From assembly GCA_947175545.1 (NCBI GenBank), contig CAMWNI010000005.1:4323-68322 (forward strand): a stretch of 64,000 nt of DNA, written 5' to 3'. Source of the stretch: an uncultured Porphyromonadaceae bacterium. GTDB lineage: Bacteria > Bacteroidota > Bacteroidia > Bacteroidales > Muribaculaceae. Each line of letters begins with the position of its first letter. Position 1 is the stretch's first letter. Positions 1-13,380 of the stretch are shown piece by piece. The notes beneath the pieces are model-generated. The model was given only the letters and a program-made list of their open reading frames with translations. It searched no databases and was not told the DNA's origin. Position numbers and translations under genes: made by a program.

Positions 1-1
1 G

Positions 2-334
2 ATGGTTGCCGGAACGATTGTTCACCGCATGGCCCCTGCTGTGCGTCGCCTCTACGACCAGCTCGCCGAACCCAAATATGTTATTGCCTGTGGCGGATGT
101 GCCGTTTCCGGCGGTCCGTTCAAAAACTCTTATCATGTTCTTAAAGGGGTAGGGGAGATTCTGCCCGTCGACGTCTACTGTCCCGGCTGTCCTCCGCGCC
201 CTGAGGCAATGATTTATGCAATCATGCAGCTCAGCCGCAAGGTCAAGATTGAAAAGTTCTTCGGCGGAGTGAACCGCAAGGAGAGCCGCAAAGAGTTTCT
301 GAAAAACCATCCCGTTTCGGAAACAACAAATTAA
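2..334 (+). CDS. nuoB: NADH-quinone oxidoreductase subunit B, C-terminal part (5' end lies left of the window)
   Basis: ORF is open to the left edge. C-terminal NuoB/Nqo6-type sequence including YVIACGGCA and [10 protein letters not shown] cysteine motifs. Confidence 0.9.
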   Translation: MVAGTIVHRMAPAVRRLYDQLAEPKYVIACGGCAVSGGPFKNSYHVLKGVGEILPVDVYCPGCPPRPEAMIYAIMQLSRKVKIEKFFGGVNRKESRKEFLKNHPVSETTN

Positions 335-373
335 TCATCAGAGAATTCATCACCTATATATATTATATAGAAT

Positions 374-1996
374 ATGGCAAACATTCAGGAGACCATAGCC
401 GGGCAGTTCCCCGAAGTGGAATTCGCACAGGGCGAAACGCTTGAGCTTAACGTTCCCGACGCCAAATGGCATGACCTTGCTGCCTCACTCAAAGAAGCTT
501 TCGGCTTCGATAATCTCCGCGCCCTCATTGGCATGGACTGGGGTGAACAGCTCGGCATCGTATGCTATCTGGTCAATTCAAAGACTTACGAAATGATTCG
601 CGTTAAAGTCCTTGCCGACAATCGCGAAGAGCCGTTCCTTCACTCTGTTACAGACCTTTTTGCTGTTGCCGGAATCTACGAACGTGAAGTTTTTGACTTC
701 TATGGCATCAAGTTTATCGGCAACCCCGATATGCGCCACCTTTTCCTTCGCAACGACTGGGTTGGCTATCCCTTCCGCAAGGACTATGACACCAACCCTG
801 AACTCAACCCTGTCCGTCTCAATCACGAAGAAACGCAAGACACCACGGTTGAATATGTAGAAGGTCCCGATGGCAAAATCCACACTGTGGAGCATGCAAT
901 CTTCGCTCCGGATGATTTCGTTGTCAACATCGGCCCGCAGCACCCCGCGACTCATGGTGTGCTTCGTCTGCGTACAGCCGTCGAAGGCGAAACCATCAAA
1001 AAAATCGACCTCTATCTCGGCTATATCCACCGTGGCATCGAAAAACTTTGCGAAGGACTGACCTATCCGCAGACAATTCACTTCACCGACCGCCTTGACT
1101 ATCTCGGCGCGCTGATGAACAGCCACTGCCTCTGCATGTGCATCGAAAAAGCAATGCAGCTTGAAGTGCCTCGCCGCGCTCAGGTTATCCGTTGCATCAT
1201 GGATGAACTGATGCGTCTGAACTCTCACCTCCTGGCAATGGGTACCTTCTGCATGGACCTTGGAGCAACAACTATGCTCTTCTATGCGCTGCGCGAACGC
1301 GAAACAATCCTCGACATACTTGAGAAAACTACCGGCGCACGCATGACCTTCAACTATAACTGTATTGGTGGCGTTCGTCAGGACATTGCCGAAGACTTTG
1401 TCAGCGACGTCAAGAAGCTCCTCGAAATCATGCCCAAGGCAATCAAGGAGTACAACAAGGTCTTCACCGGAAACATCATTGCCAAGAACCGTATGGAAGG
1501 TGTCGGCGTCCTCTCTCCGGAAGCCGCCGTTGACTATAACGTGACCGGTCCGGCCGCGCGTTCCGCCGGCTGGAACTACGATGTTCGCCGCGCGCAGCCT
1601 TACGGCATCTATCCTGAACTGCAGTTCGATGTCGTTACGCGCACCGAGGGAGACTCAATGGCTCGTTTCAAGGCCCGTATCACCGAAATGGAACAGAGCT
1701 GCCGCATCATTGCCCAGCTTATCGACAATATTCCCGATGGCGAAATCTGCGCCAAGGTTCCCAAGGTTATCAAGCTCCCCGAGGGCCACTGGTTCCAGGA
1801 AGTCGAAACCGGCAAGGGCGCATTCGGTTGCTACATCGAAAGCACCGGAACAACCTCGCCCTGGCGTATGAAGTTTAACTCGCCTTGCTTCTGCCTCGCC
1901 GGTGTCGTTGACCATCTGACCCGAGGCCAGAAGATTGCCGACCTTATCACCATCGGCGGTACGCTGGACTACATCGTTCCTGACATTGACCGTTAA
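374..1996 (+). CDS. nuoCD: NADH-quinone oxidoreductase fused subunit C/D
   Basis: Single 540-aa ORF. N-terminal 30-kDa (NuoC) part has [11 protein letters not shown]; C-terminal 49-kDa (NuoD) part has [13 protein letters not shown] and the IVPDIDR terminus. Confidence 0.9.
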   Translation: MANIQETIAGQFPEVEFAQGETLELNVPDAKWHDLAASLKEAFGFDNLRALIGMDWGEQLGIVCYLVNSKTYEMIRVKVLADNREEPFLHSVTDLFAVAGIYEREVFDFYGIKFIGNPDMRHLFLRNDWVGYPFRKDYDTNPELNPVRLNHEETQDTTVEYVEGPDGKIHTVEHAIFAPDDFVVNIGPQHPATHGVLRLRTAVEGETIKKIDLYLGYIHRGIEKLCEGLTYPQTIHFTDRLDYLGALMNSHCLCMCIEKAMQLEVPRRAQVIRCIMDELMRLNSHLLAMGTFCMDLGATTMLFYALRERETILDILEKTTGARMTFNYNCIGGVRQDIAEDFVSDVKKLLEIMPKAIKEYNKVFTGNIIAKNRMEGVGVLSPEAAVDYNVTGPAARSAGWNYDVRRAQPYGIYPELQFDVVTRTEGDSMARFKARITEMEQSCRIIAQLIDNIPDGEICAKVPKVIKLPEGHWFQEVETGKGAFGCYIESTGTTSPWRMKFNSPCFCLAGVVDHLTRGQKIADLITIGGTLDYIVPDIDR

Positions 1997-2031
1997 TTGC
2001 CGTCTCTCCATTCAATATCACAATCGAAATT

Positions 2032-3114
2032 ATGCAAGACCTTTCATTCGTAACCCGCTGGATTGACAATCTTTTCCGTGTGGTGTTAGGCTGCCCTGAG
2101 TGGCTCACTGTTACTTTGGAGTGTGTGCTGCTCGGCGTTGTGCTTCTGCTCGTTTACGCCGTTCTGGCTCTGTTCTATATCTGGTTTGAGCGCAAAGTCT
2201 GCGCTGCATTCCAGTGTCGTCTCGGCCCGAACCGTGTCGGCCCCTTCGGTGTCCTTCAGCCGTTTGCCGATATGTTCAAAATGCTTATCAAGGAGCTTAT
2301 CTCACTCAACCACACTGATAAGTTCCTCTTCGCCCTGGCGCCCTTCCTTGTGATTGTGGCTTCGATGCTTGCATTCGCTGTCCTTCCTTGGGGCAACGGT
2401 CTGCAGGCCATTGATTTCAACATCGGCATTTTCTTCCTCCTTGCCGTCAGCTCGATTGGCGTTCTCGGAATCCTGCTTGCCGGTTGGTCGTCAAACAATA
2501 AGTTCACCCTTATTGGCGCTCTCCGTTCGGGCGCGCAGATGGTTTCTTATGAAATCTCCATCTCGCTCTCCGTAATCACCATGGTCGTTCTTTGCGGCTC
2601 AATGAGCGTGCGCGACATTGTCATGGCTCAGGATCATTGCTGGTTCATCTTCTCCGGCCATATTCCCGCAATCATTGCCTTCCTGGTCTATATTATCGCG
2701 GGAACTGCCGAGACAAACCGAGGCCCGTTTGACCTTCCGGAGGCTGAGAGTGAGCTGACAGCCGGATACCACACCGAATATTCCGGCATGCACTTCGGCT
2801 TTTTCTATCTCGCCGAATACCTCAACCTGTTCATCGTCGGCGGCGTTGCCGCACTCCTCTTCTTCGGCGGCTGGATGCCCTTCCATATTCCCGGATGGGA
2901 TGCCTTCAATCAGGTAATGAACTATATTCCCTCTGTAATCTGGTTCCTCGCTAAGGCCATTTTAATCACCTTTATCATGATTTGGTTCAAATGGACTTTC
3001 CCTCGTCTGCGAATTGACCAGCTGCTCTCTTTCGAGTGGAAGTATCTGATGCCAATCAGCCTTGTGAATCTCGTTCTGATGACTCTTGTTGTTGTTTTCG
3101 GACTCACTTTTTAA
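2032..3114 (+). CDS. nuoH: NADH-quinone oxidoreductase subunit H
   Basis: Polytopic membrane protein with NuoH/ND1 motifs ([38 protein letters not shown]). Confidence 0.9.
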   Translation: MQDLSFVTRWIDNLFRVVLGCPEWLTVTLECVLLGVVLLLVYAVLALFYIWFERKVCAAFQCRLGPNRVGPFGVLQPFADMFKMLIKELISLNHTDKFLFALAPFLVIVASMLAFAVLPWGNGLQAIDFNIGIFFLLAVSSIGVLGILLAGWSSNNKFTLIGALRSGAQMVSYEISISLSVITMVVLCGSMSVRDIVMAQDHCWFIFSGHIPAIIAFLVYIIAGTAETNRGPFDLPEAESELTAGYHTEYSGMHFGFFYLAEYLNLFIVGGVAALLFFGGWMPFHIPGWDAFNQVMNYIPSVIWFLAKAILITFIMIWFKWTFPRLRIDQLLSFEWKYLMPISLVNLVLMTLVVVFGLTF

Positions 3115-3130
3115 AAATCCCCAAATTTAA

Positions 3131-4642
<1,512 letters not shown>

Positions 4643-4660
4643 CCATCAACCGACCGAGCA

Positions 4661-4897
4661 ATGACATTACGCATCATTTCACCCGCCGATGTAATCTTTG
4701 AAGGAGAGACTCAGGCTGTGACCCTGCCGGGTGCCATGGGCAGCTTCACCGTGCTGCCTCACCATGCCTCGCTCATCGCGACTCTCGTTTCCGGAAATAT
4801 CGTTTACCGGACTGAAAGCGGCGAAGAAAAGTCCGTTCCGACCGAGGGCGGTCTGGTTGATGTCAATAATGATGTCATTTCCGTTTGCATTTATTAA
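4661..4897 (+). CDS. atpC: F1 ATP synthase epsilon subunit, short form (beta-sandwich domain only)
   Basis: 78 aa placed immediately after atpD. N-terminal epsilon-type sequence (ISP...F.G....V.LPG..G.F.VL..H). No C-terminal helical hairpin is encoded. Confidence 0.75.
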   Translation: MTLRIISPADVIFEGETQAVTLPGAMGSFTVLPHHASLIATLVSGNIVYRTESGEEKSVPTEGGLVDVNNDVISVCIY

Positions 4898-4910
4898 AAA
4901 CCGAGAATAG

Positions 4911-6295
<1,385 letters not shown>

Positions 6296-6333
6296 TACAA
6301 CAACTGACAATAAACTAATCTACCGTAACCTCA

Positions 6334-6831
6334 ATGGAACTGTTCACCCCGGACTTCGGTCTCATCTTCTGGATGTTTGTGGCGTTTGCCGTACTCTTCC
6401 TCCTCTTGTGGAAGTTTGCCTGGCCCGCCATCATGAAAGGCGTTGATAGCCGAGCCGAGCTGATTGACAAGGGTGTACTGTATGCCCGCGAGGCGAAGGA
6501 ACAACTTGATTCCGCTAAGGAACAGGCCGAGAAGTTTGAGGCCGAAGCGCGTTCGCGTCAGGCCGACATTCTGCGTGAGGCTGACAAAATGAAGTCGCAG
6601 ATTATCGAGCAGGCCCGCACCGAGGCTTCTCGTGAAGCCAAGAAGGAGATGGAGGCCGCTAAGGCCGCCATCGAACAGGCCCGAAAGGAAGCTCGCCAGT
6701 CGTTCCGTGACGAAGTATCGGCCGCAGCACTCGAAATCGCAACTCAGGTTGTCCGCAACCAGCTTGCCGACCCCAAGGCCCAGCAGAAACTCGTTGATAA
6801 CATTCTTGACCAAATCGAAACCGCCGACTGA
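6334..6831 (+). CDS. atpF: Fo ATP synthase subunit b
   Basis: One N-terminal TM helix followed by a long charged Ala/Glu/Lys/Arg helix. Position lies between atpE and atpH. Confidence 0.75.
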   Translation: MELFTPDFGLIFWMFVAFAVLFLLLWKFAWPAIMKGVDSRAELIDKGVLYAREAKEQLDSAKEQAEKFEAEARSRQADILREADKMKSQIIEQARTEASREAKKEMEAAKAAIEQARKEARQSFRDEVSAAALEIATQVVRNQLADPKAQQKLVDNILDQIETAD

Positions 6832-6833
6832 TA

Positions 6834-7385
6834 ATGGACCAGGGACTCATTCCACGCCGCTATGCCAAAGCTCTGCTGATGTTCGCTGACGAGCATCGGA
6901 CCGACGCTGCCGTCTATGAGGCGATGCAACGGCTTGACGCAACTTTTGCCGCCATGCCCGACCTGCAGCACAGTCTGATAAATCCGGCGGTGAGCGATAG
7001 TGACAAAATCAAGTTGGTCCTTACTGCCTGCGGTGCCGATGGCTCTGCCGCAGCTGAGGTCGAAGGCTTCGTGACTTTGCTGATCCGCAATCGCCGTCTG
7101 GCAACCCTGCGTCAGTGTGCGCTCGCCTATGTGCGCCTTTATCGCGATGCCAACCGTATCTACTGTGTGGCCGTCACCTCTGCAGCGCCTCTTCTGCCTG
7201 AAGAGTTGCAGCGAATCAAGACCCTGGTGGAACGTCAGCTCCCCAAGGGGGCCTCTGTCGAGTACTCCGAGGCTGTAGCTCCCGAACTTATTGGCGGTTT
7301 TACCGTCAGCATTGACAATGAACTGCTTGACGCGTCCGTTGCCAACGAACTCAAACAACTCCGATTTAAACTTTTAAGCCATTAA
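6834..7385 (+). CDS. atpH: F1 ATP synthase delta (OSCP) subunit
   Basis: 183 aa; RYAKAL N-terminus and LIGGF.V.I.....DASV C-terminal OSCP-type motif. Only 2 nt after atpF. Confidence 0.75.
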   Translation: MDQGLIPRRYAKALLMFADEHRTDAAVYEAMQRLDATFAAMPDLQHSLINPAVSDSDKIKLVLTACGADGSAAAEVEGFVTLLIRNRRLATLRQCALAYVRLYRDANRIYCVAVTSAAPLLPEELQRIKTLVERQLPKGASVEYSEAVAPELIGGFTVSIDNELLDASVANELKQLRFKLLSH

Positions 7386-7394
7386 TTCTCAGCA

Positions 7395-8972
7395 ATGACT
7401 AACCCAAGCGAGATTTCCCAGATATTGAAGCAGCAACTCGAAAGCGTCAACCGTCAGGTTTCGTTCGAGGAAACAGGCTCCGTTCTTGAAGTCGGCGACG
7501 GCGTGGCCCATGTCTACGGCCTTGACAACGTCTGCGCAAACGAACTTGTCGAGTTCGAAAACGGCGTCAAGGGTGTCGCCCTTAACCTCGAAGAGAGCAA
7601 CGTCGGCGTTATTCTGCTTGACAACGTCAACCGCGTGACTGAGGGAATGAAGGTGAAACGCACAGGCGAAATCGCCTCGATTCCCGTTGGCGAGGGTCTC
7701 CTCGGGCGCGTCATCAACGTCCTTGGCGAGCCGGTCGACGGTCGTGGCCCGATTGAAGGTGAGCTGATTCATCTCCCCCTCGAGCGAAAGGCCCCGGGCG
7801 TTATTTACCGTCAGCCCGTGAAGACTCCGCTCCAGACAGGCATCAAGGCCGTTGACTCAATGGTCCCTATCGGCCGCGGCCAGCGTGAGCTGATTATCGG
7901 TGACCGCCAGATTGGCAAGACTGCCATCGCAATCGACACCATCATCAACCAGCGTAAGAACTTCGAGGAAGGCAAGCCCGTCTACTGCATCTACGTCGCT
8001 ATTGGACAGAAAGCTTCGAGCATTGCCGCAACCGTCGAAACCCTCCGTAAGTATGGCGCTCTGGACTATACGGTTGTTGTCAGCGCCTCGGCGTCTGACT
8101 CGGCTGCTATGCGCTACTACTCGCCCTTCGCCGGCGTTGCAATCGGCGAATACTTCCGCGATACGGGCCGTGACGCCCTCATCGTCTATGACGACCTCTC
8201 GAAGCAGGCCGTCGCTTACCGCGAGATCTCGCTGATTCTGAAGCGCCCTTCGGGACGTGAAGCTTATCCCGGCGATATCTTCTATCTCCACAGCCGTCTG
8301 CTCGAGCGCGCTGCGCGCATCATCGACTCTCAGGAAGTGGCCGAGAAAATGAATGACCTCCCCGAGGTGCTGAAGCCTATTGTAAAGGGTGGAGGTTCGC
8401 TGACCGCTCTCCCGATTATCGAAACCCAGGCCGGCGACGTATCTGCCTACATCCCGACTAACGTCATTTCGATTACCGACGGTCAGATCTTCCTCGAAAC
8501 CGCCCTGTTCAACCGTGGCATCCGTCCGGCAATCAACGTCGGTATCTCCGTCAGCCGTGTCGGCGGCAACGCACAGATTAAGTCAATGAAGAAGGTGGCC
8601 GGCACGCTGAAAATCGACCAGGCTCAGTTCCGTGAACTTGAATCGTTCACCAAGTTCGGCGGCGACATGGATGCCGTTACCGCGCGCGTGATTGACAAAG
8701 GCCGCAAGAACGAACGCCTGCTGATTCAGCCTCAGTATAAGCCCTGGCCCGTCGAGGAACAGGTTGCCGTTATCTACTGTGGCACGAAAGGTCTGCTTGA
8801 GAACGTTCCGGCCGACAAGATTGCTGAATTCCAGCAGCGTTTCCTGATGGTTCTCCGCTCGTCTTATCAGGTTCAGGTCCTCGACGCAATCCGTGCCGGA
8901 CAGTTAACCGACGAAATCACCGAAATTCTGACCAAAGTAGCAGCGGAAACTGCTGCTCAGTTCAAAAATTGA
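7395..8972 (+). CDS. atpA: F1 ATP synthase alpha subunit
   Basis: Walker [12 protein letters not shown]; [41 protein letters not shown]. Confidence 0.95.
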   Translation: MTNPSEISQILKQQLESVNRQVSFEETGSVLEVGDGVAHVYGLDNVCANELVEFENGVKGVALNLEESNVGVILLDNVNRVTEGMKVKRTGEIASIPVGEGLLGRVINVLGEPVDGRGPIEGELIHLPLERKAPGVIYRQPVKTPLQTGIKAVDSMVPIGRGQRELIIGDRQIGKTAIAIDTIINQRKNFEEGKPVYCIYVAIGQKASSIAATVETLRKYGALDYTVVVSASASDSAAMRYYSPFAGVAIGEYFRDTGRDALIVYDDLSKQAVAYREISLILKRPSGREAYPGDIFYLHSRLLERAARIIDSQEVAEKMNDLPEVLKPIVKGGGSLTALPIIETQAGDVSAYIPTNVISITDGQIFLETALFNRGIRPAINVGISVSRVGGNAQIKSMKKVAGTLKIDQAQFRELESFTKFGGDMDAVTARVIDKGRKNERLLIQPQYKPWPVEEQVAVIYCGTKGLLENVPADKIAEFQQRFLMVLRSSYQVQVLDAIRAGQLTDEITEILTKVAAETAAQFKN

Positions 8973-8995
8973 TAATTACAAGAAAAGTTTGACAA

Positions 8996-9874
8996 ATGGC
9001 AACCTTACGCGATCTTAAAGGACGAATCGGCTCTGTAAGCTCTTCAGAAAAGATTACCGGAGCAATGAAAATGATTTCGTCGGCAAAGATGAACAAGGCC
9101 GTGCGCGATATCAAGCGCCTGCTGCCGTTCCGCAACCAGCTGGAATCAATTATTGCTCACCTGCTGGAGGCTGACGCACAGTGCGTGTCGCCCCTGACCG
9201 AGGAGCGCGAGGTACGCCATCTGACAATTGTCGTTACCGGAAGTGACGACGGACTCTGTGGCGCCTACAACATTAACATATACAAAGAGCTGCTTGTCCA
9301 TCTCAACTCCCTGCGTGAGGAGTTCCCCTCGGCTATAATCCGTCTGATTCCCGTTGGAGCCAAGATGGTTAAGGCCGTTGCGAAGCTCGCCGATGCCGGA
9401 ATTGAGGTCGTTACGGACGCTCCGGTTAGCTCAAAGAGCGATCCTGACGCAATCAAGACCTTCACCCTTGGCCTTGAACGCGAATTTCTTGACGGCTCAA
9501 CTGACCGTGTCGACTTTGTATACATGGGATTCATCAGCCCCTCGCGCCAGCGCGTGCGTTGCGAGCAGCTTCTGCCGGTTGCCAACGCGACCGGAACAGA
9601 CTCGGGGTCTATGGCCGGCGGTCGTCCCTATCTGTTCGAGCCGGACGCCGGCGCAATTTTTGCCGAAGCTCTGCCCCTGATGCTCCTCAGCAGCGTTCAG
9701 GAAGGATTCAGCGAAAACCGCGCCTCGGAACAGGCCGCCCGAGTAATGGCAATGCAGAGCGCTAACGACAACGCCTCGAAACTTCTTGAACAGCTTCGTC
9801 TGGAGTACAACAAGCTGCGCCAGCAGAGCATTACCAACGAGCTGCTTGATATTCTTGGCGGTCAGGTCCGATAA
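8996..9874 (+). CDS. atpG: F1 ATP synthase gamma subunit
   Basis: N-terminal L.DLK.RI.SV.S..KIT.AMKM.S..K and C-terminal RQ..IT.EL.DI.GG motifs. Confidence 0.85.
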   Translation: MATLRDLKGRIGSVSSSEKITGAMKMISSAKMNKAVRDIKRLLPFRNQLESIIAHLLEADAQCVSPLTEEREVRHLTIVVTGSDDGLCGAYNINIYKELLVHLNSLREEFPSAIIRLIPVGAKMVKAVAKLADAGIEVVTDAPVSSKSDPDAIKTFTLGLEREFLDGSTDRVDFVYMGFISPSRQRVRCEQLLPVANATGTDSGSMAGGRPYLFEPDAGAIFAEALPLMLLSSVQEGFSENRASEQAARVMAMQSANDNASKLLEQLRLEYNKLRQQSITNELLDILGGQVR

Positions 9875-9942
9875 CTTTTCTATCATTATACAATCACGGA
9901 ATAAAACAAAAACTGCATAAAACTCCAATTCACAAACCGACT

Positions 9943-10464
9943 ATGGGTAGTGTAAAAGATTATTTCAAGGACTTGGGAGCAGGAATCGGCACGCTTGTCA
10001 AAGGCATGCAGGTGACCGGCAAAGAGTTCGTGACCAAAAAGGTTACGGAGCGTTACCCCGAGAACCGTTCGACGGTTCATGTGCCTGACCGCTTCCGCGC
10101 AATCCTCACTCTGAAGTATGACTCCGAAGGACGCCACAAGTGCATCAGTTGCGGTCTCTGCCAGCGCTCTTGCCCCAACGGAACCATCTCCATCGAAAGC
10201 CGTATGGCCGACATGCCTGACGGCAAGAAGAAAAAAAAGCTCGTCAACTGGGTTTATGACCTCGGCTCATGCACCTTCTGCCAGCTTTGTGTCTCAAACT
10301 GCCCGACCGGTGCAATCGAGTTCTCCAACGATTTTGAACAGGCCGTATTCACCCGCGAACAGCTTGTCAAGAAACTGAACTATCTGCCTGAGGCTCCGGA
10401 CCCCGAACCCGCACCTGCGGCCGCCAAGCCGGAGACTCCCGCGGCGCCCGAGGCTAATTCATAA
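9943..10464 (+). CDS. nuoI: NADH-quinone oxidoreductase subunit I (2x[4Fe-4S])
   Basis: Two ferredoxin-type motifs, CISCGLCQRSCP and CTFCQLCVSNCP. Pro/Ala-rich C-terminal tail. Confidence 0.85.
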   Translation: MGSVKDYFKDLGAGIGTLVKGMQVTGKEFVTKKVTERYPENRSTVHVPDRFRAILTLKYDSEGRHKCISCGLCQRSCPNGTISIESRMADMPDGKKKKKLVNWVYDLGSCTFCQLCVSNCPTGAIEFSNDFEQAVFTREQLVKKLNYLPEAPDPEPAPAAAKPETPAAPEANS

Positions 10465-10496
10465 ATTCCCCTTCAGCGATAAAAAAGACGTAAGTT

Positions 10497-10997
10497 ATGG
10501 AAATACTTTATGCGATAGTGGCTCTTGCCATCATCATCTTTTCAGTCCTGACGGTCACCACGCGCAAAATTCTGCGCTCCGCGACTTATCTGCTCTTCAC
10601 GCTTTTCGCCGCAGCCATCGTCTATTTCATGATGGACTATGAATTTCTCGGCGCAGTGCAGATTGCCGTATATGCCGGAGGTATCGTGGTACTGTTCGTG
10701 TTCTCAATCCTGCTGACAACCCATCCCGGAAGCAACAGCGAAAAGCTCGCTAACCGTCATGTGTGGTGGGGCATTCTCGCCGCAGTGGCCACGGCCGCAG
10801 TGACCGGCTGGGCGCTCCTGAGCCGCTGTGCCGACCTTTTCAGCTCCAAGCCTGAAATGGCCGATTACACCATGCAGGACCTCGGCAACGCAATGCTTTC
10901 GACCGGCCATGGCGGCTATCTGCTCCCCTTCGAGGCCGTCTCGGTTCTGCTCCTTGCCTGCATCATCGGCGCTGTCGTTGTTGCCCGCAAACGTTAA
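10497..10997 (+). CDS. nuoJ: NADH-quinone oxidoreductase subunit J
   Basis: 166-aa membrane protein with NuoJ-type helices (YAGGIVVLFVF). Position lies between nuoI and nuoK. Confidence 0.75.
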   Translation: MEILYAIVALAIIIFSVLTVTTRKILRSATYLLFTLFAAAIVYFMMDYEFLGAVQIAVYAGGIVVLFVFSILLTTHPGSNSEKLANRHVWWGILAAVATAAVTGWALLSRCADLFSSKPEMADYTMQDLGNAMLSTGHGGYLLPFEAVSVLLLACIIGAVVVARKR

Positions 10998-11032
10998 CAC
11001 TGATGACCATTTCATTTCTCACACTCTGAACA

Positions 11033-11344
11033 ATGGAAATTAAACTGTTATACTATCTGGTGCCGAGCCTCGTCATGTTCTGCTGCGGTCTCTACGGATT
11101 CCTCACGCGCAAAAACATGATTGCAATGCTCATTTCGCTGGAACTCATGCTCAACGCCGTCGACATCAATTTCACGGTCGTTAACCGCTACCTCTTCCCC
11201 GGCAGTCAGGAAGGCATGATTTTCACGCTGTTCGCAATCGCCATTGCAGCTGCCGAGACAGCTCTGGCAATCGCTATCATCATCAACCTCTATCGTGTCA
11301 CCAAGAAGGTTGACATCGACGAGGCTAAACAACTTAAAGGATAA
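11033..11344 (+). CDS. nuoK: NADH-quinone oxidoreductase subunit K
   Basis: 103-aa protein with three TM helices and the NuoK motif LISLELMLNAVNI/DIN. Confidence 0.8.
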   Translation: MEIKLLYYLVPSLVMFCCGLYGFLTRKNMIAMLISLELMLNAVDINFTVVNRYLFPGSQEGMIFTLFAIAIAAAETALAIAIIINLYRVTKKVDIDEAKQLKG

Positions 11345-11367
11345 ACCCGTCTGAACGCATTATAATC

Positions 11368-13338
11368 ATGGAACCTACAATTCCCATTCTTATTCTGTGT
11401 CTCCCGCTGCTGGGATTCCTCGTTCTTGGTCTTCTCGGACCCAAAATGAGCCATAAGGCTGCCGGCTGGTACGGTATCCTCAGCATGGGCGCCACAATGG
11501 TGCTGGCCTACATTACCGCCTGCACTTACTTCTTCAGCGGAGCGCCCGAATTCATCGAAGGCGGCGTCCGTCTGCAGCATGTCGTCTTTAACCAGGACTG
11601 GCTGAACTTCTACAAGGAGCTGACTATCCGTATCGGTTTCCTTCTCGACCCGATTTCGGCCCTGCTCCTCGTCGTGATCACGACAATCAGTTTCTGTGTC
11701 CACCTCTATTCGCTCGGATACATGGAGGGCGAAAAGGGCTTCCAGCGCTACTATGCCTTCCTGCAGCTGTTCAGCTTCTCGATGCTCGGCCTGGTCGTAG
11801 CAACCAACATTTTCCAGATGTACATCTTCTGGGAGCTTGTCGGCGCGTCCTCTTACTTGCTTATCGGTTTCTACTATCAGCGCCCCTCGGCCGTATCGGC
11901 CTCGAAAAAGGCATTTATCGTTACGCGTTTTGCCGACCTCGGCTTCCTGATCGGTATTCTTATTCTGAGCTACTTCACCGGCACCTTTAATTTCACTGAC
12001 TTTACCGGCACCGTGCTTGCCAACGGCTCGTCGGTCAACGACCTTGTGACTCCGCTGAATGTCGTTGCAAGCTTCGGCGGTGCAACCTTCATGGGCTGCT
12101 CGCTGCTTACCTGGGCCCTCGTCCTTATCTTCATGGGCGGCATGGGTAAGTCGGCAATGCTTCCGCTCCACATCTGGCTCCCCGATGCAATGGAAGGCCC
12201 GACCCCCGTCTCGGCCCTCATCCATGCCGCTACGATGGTTGTGGCCGGTGTCTACCTCGTTGCCCGTCTGTTCCCGCTCTATCTGATGGAGGAGGCCGCT
12301 CTGACATTCATCACCGTTGTTGGCGCAATCACGGCCTTCTACGCTGCCGTTGTTGCCTGCACTCAAATCGACATCAAACGCGTGCTGGCTTTCTCGACCA
12401 TCTCGCAGATTGCATTCATGATGGTTTCGCTCGGCGTTGCCCGTCCTGAAATCCACGAAGGTCTCGGCTACATGGCTTCGATGTTCCACCTGTTCACTCA
12501 CGCCATGTTCAAGGCCCTGCTCTTCCTCGGCGCCGGCGCTCTGATTCATGCCGTTCACTCTAACGACTACACCGCGATGGGCGGCCTCCGCAAGTATATG
12601 CCCGTCACTCACATCACCTTCCTTATCGGCTGTCTTGCAATTGCCGGCATCCCGCCCTTCAGCGGATTCTTCTCGAAAGATGAAATCCTCTCGGCTTGCT
12701 ATGAAAACAGCTTCGTATGGGGTGCATGGATGAGCATGGTTGCAGGTCTGACCGCGTTCTACATGTTCCGTCTCTACTACCTCATCTTCTGGTGGGACGA
12801 GCCGGACTATGGCCACCACAAGCCTCACGACGCGCCCTGGATGATGTCGCTTCCGCTGATTTTCCTTGCGTTGGTCAGCTGCTGCTGCGGTTTCCTCCAC
12901 TTCGGCAAGTTCGTGACCTGGAACGGCGAACCGTATGACATCCATATCAACTGGACCGGCGTTGCGATTCCCTCGATTATCATCGCCGTGCTTGCAATCG
13001 CGCTCGCAACCGTTATGTATCGCAAGAAGAACGATCTCCCCGCCAAGTTCGCGAAGGCAAGCTGCGGTCTCTGGACAGCCGCCCACAATCGCTTCTACTG
13101 GGACGAGATTTACCTCTTCATCACTCATAAGATTATTTTCAATGGCATCTGCCGGCCGATTGCATGGTTTGACCGCCACATCATCGACGGAACCATGGAC
13201 GGTCTCGCATGGTGCGCCCAGCGTCTGAGCGTTACCATTCGCCCGCTCCAGAGCGGCAATGTCCACAGCTATGTTTACGTTTACCTCTTCGGCGCCCTCC
13301 TGCTGGGCGGCGTAACCGCAGCGGTTGTCCTGCTCTAA
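11368..13338 (+). CDS. nuoL: NADH-quinone oxidoreductase subunit L
   Basis: 656-aa Mrp-antiporter-like subunit (WELVGASSYLLIGFYY, GKSAMLPLHIWLPDAMEGPTPVSALIHAATMV) with a C-terminal extension. Confidence 0.9.
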   Translation: MEPTIPILILCLPLLGFLVLGLLGPKMSHKAAGWYGILSMGATMVLAYITACTYFFSGAPEFIEGGVRLQHVVFNQDWLNFYKELTIRIGFLLDPISALLLVVITTISFCVHLYSLGYMEGEKGFQRYYAFLQLFSFSMLGLVVATNIFQMYIFWELVGASSYLLIGFYYQRPSAVSASKKAFIVTRFADLGFLIGILILSYFTGTFNFTDFTGTVLANGSSVNDLVTPLNVVASFGGATFMGCSLLTWALVLIFMGGMGKSAMLPLHIWLPDAMEGPTPVSALIHAATMVVAGVYLVARLFPLYLMEEAALTFITVVGAITAFYAAVVACTQIDIKRVLAFSTISQIAFMMVSLGVARPEIHEGLGYMASMFHLFTHAMFKALLFLGAGALIHAVHSNDYTAMGGLRKYMPVTHITFLIGCLAIAGIPPFSGFFSKDEILSACYENSFVWGAWMSMVAGLTAFYMFRLYYLIFWWDEPDYGHHKPHDAPWMMSLPLIFLALVSCCCGFLHFGKFVTWNGEPYDIHINWTGVAIPSIIIAVLAIALATVMYRKKNDLPAKFAKASCGLWTAAHNRFYWDEIYLFITHKIIFNGICRPIAWFDRHIIDGTMDGLAWCAQRLSVTIRPLQSGNVHSYVYVYLFGALLLGGVTAAVVLL

Positions 13339-13380
13339 ATCCTAATCACCGAACCAATCAAGACAAGATTAATATTAGCT

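Noticed and set aside
9872-9879. TAACTTTT box overlapping the atpG stop as an internal promoter for nuoI-N.
   Set aside because: It deviates from TAnnTTTG at the invariant final G. It is kept only as a caveat to the single-transcript hypothesis and is not called as a feature.
10231-10238. A8 homopolymer inside nuoI (codons for KKKKK) as a possible slippage or phase-variation site.
   Set aside because: The tract is short and in frame. It lies within an essential-complex gene in a loop region that tolerates Lys. There is no evidence of alternative frames encoding anything downstream.
11290-13266. 658-aa ORF on the minus strand, the longest unannotated ORF in the track.
   Set aside because: It lies entirely antisense to nuoL, which has unmistakable antiporter-like motifs. 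Its translation is low-complexity (Arg/Gly/Ala/Glu/His-rich) with no recognisable domain. This is typical of stop-codon-poor antisense frames of GC3-biased genes.
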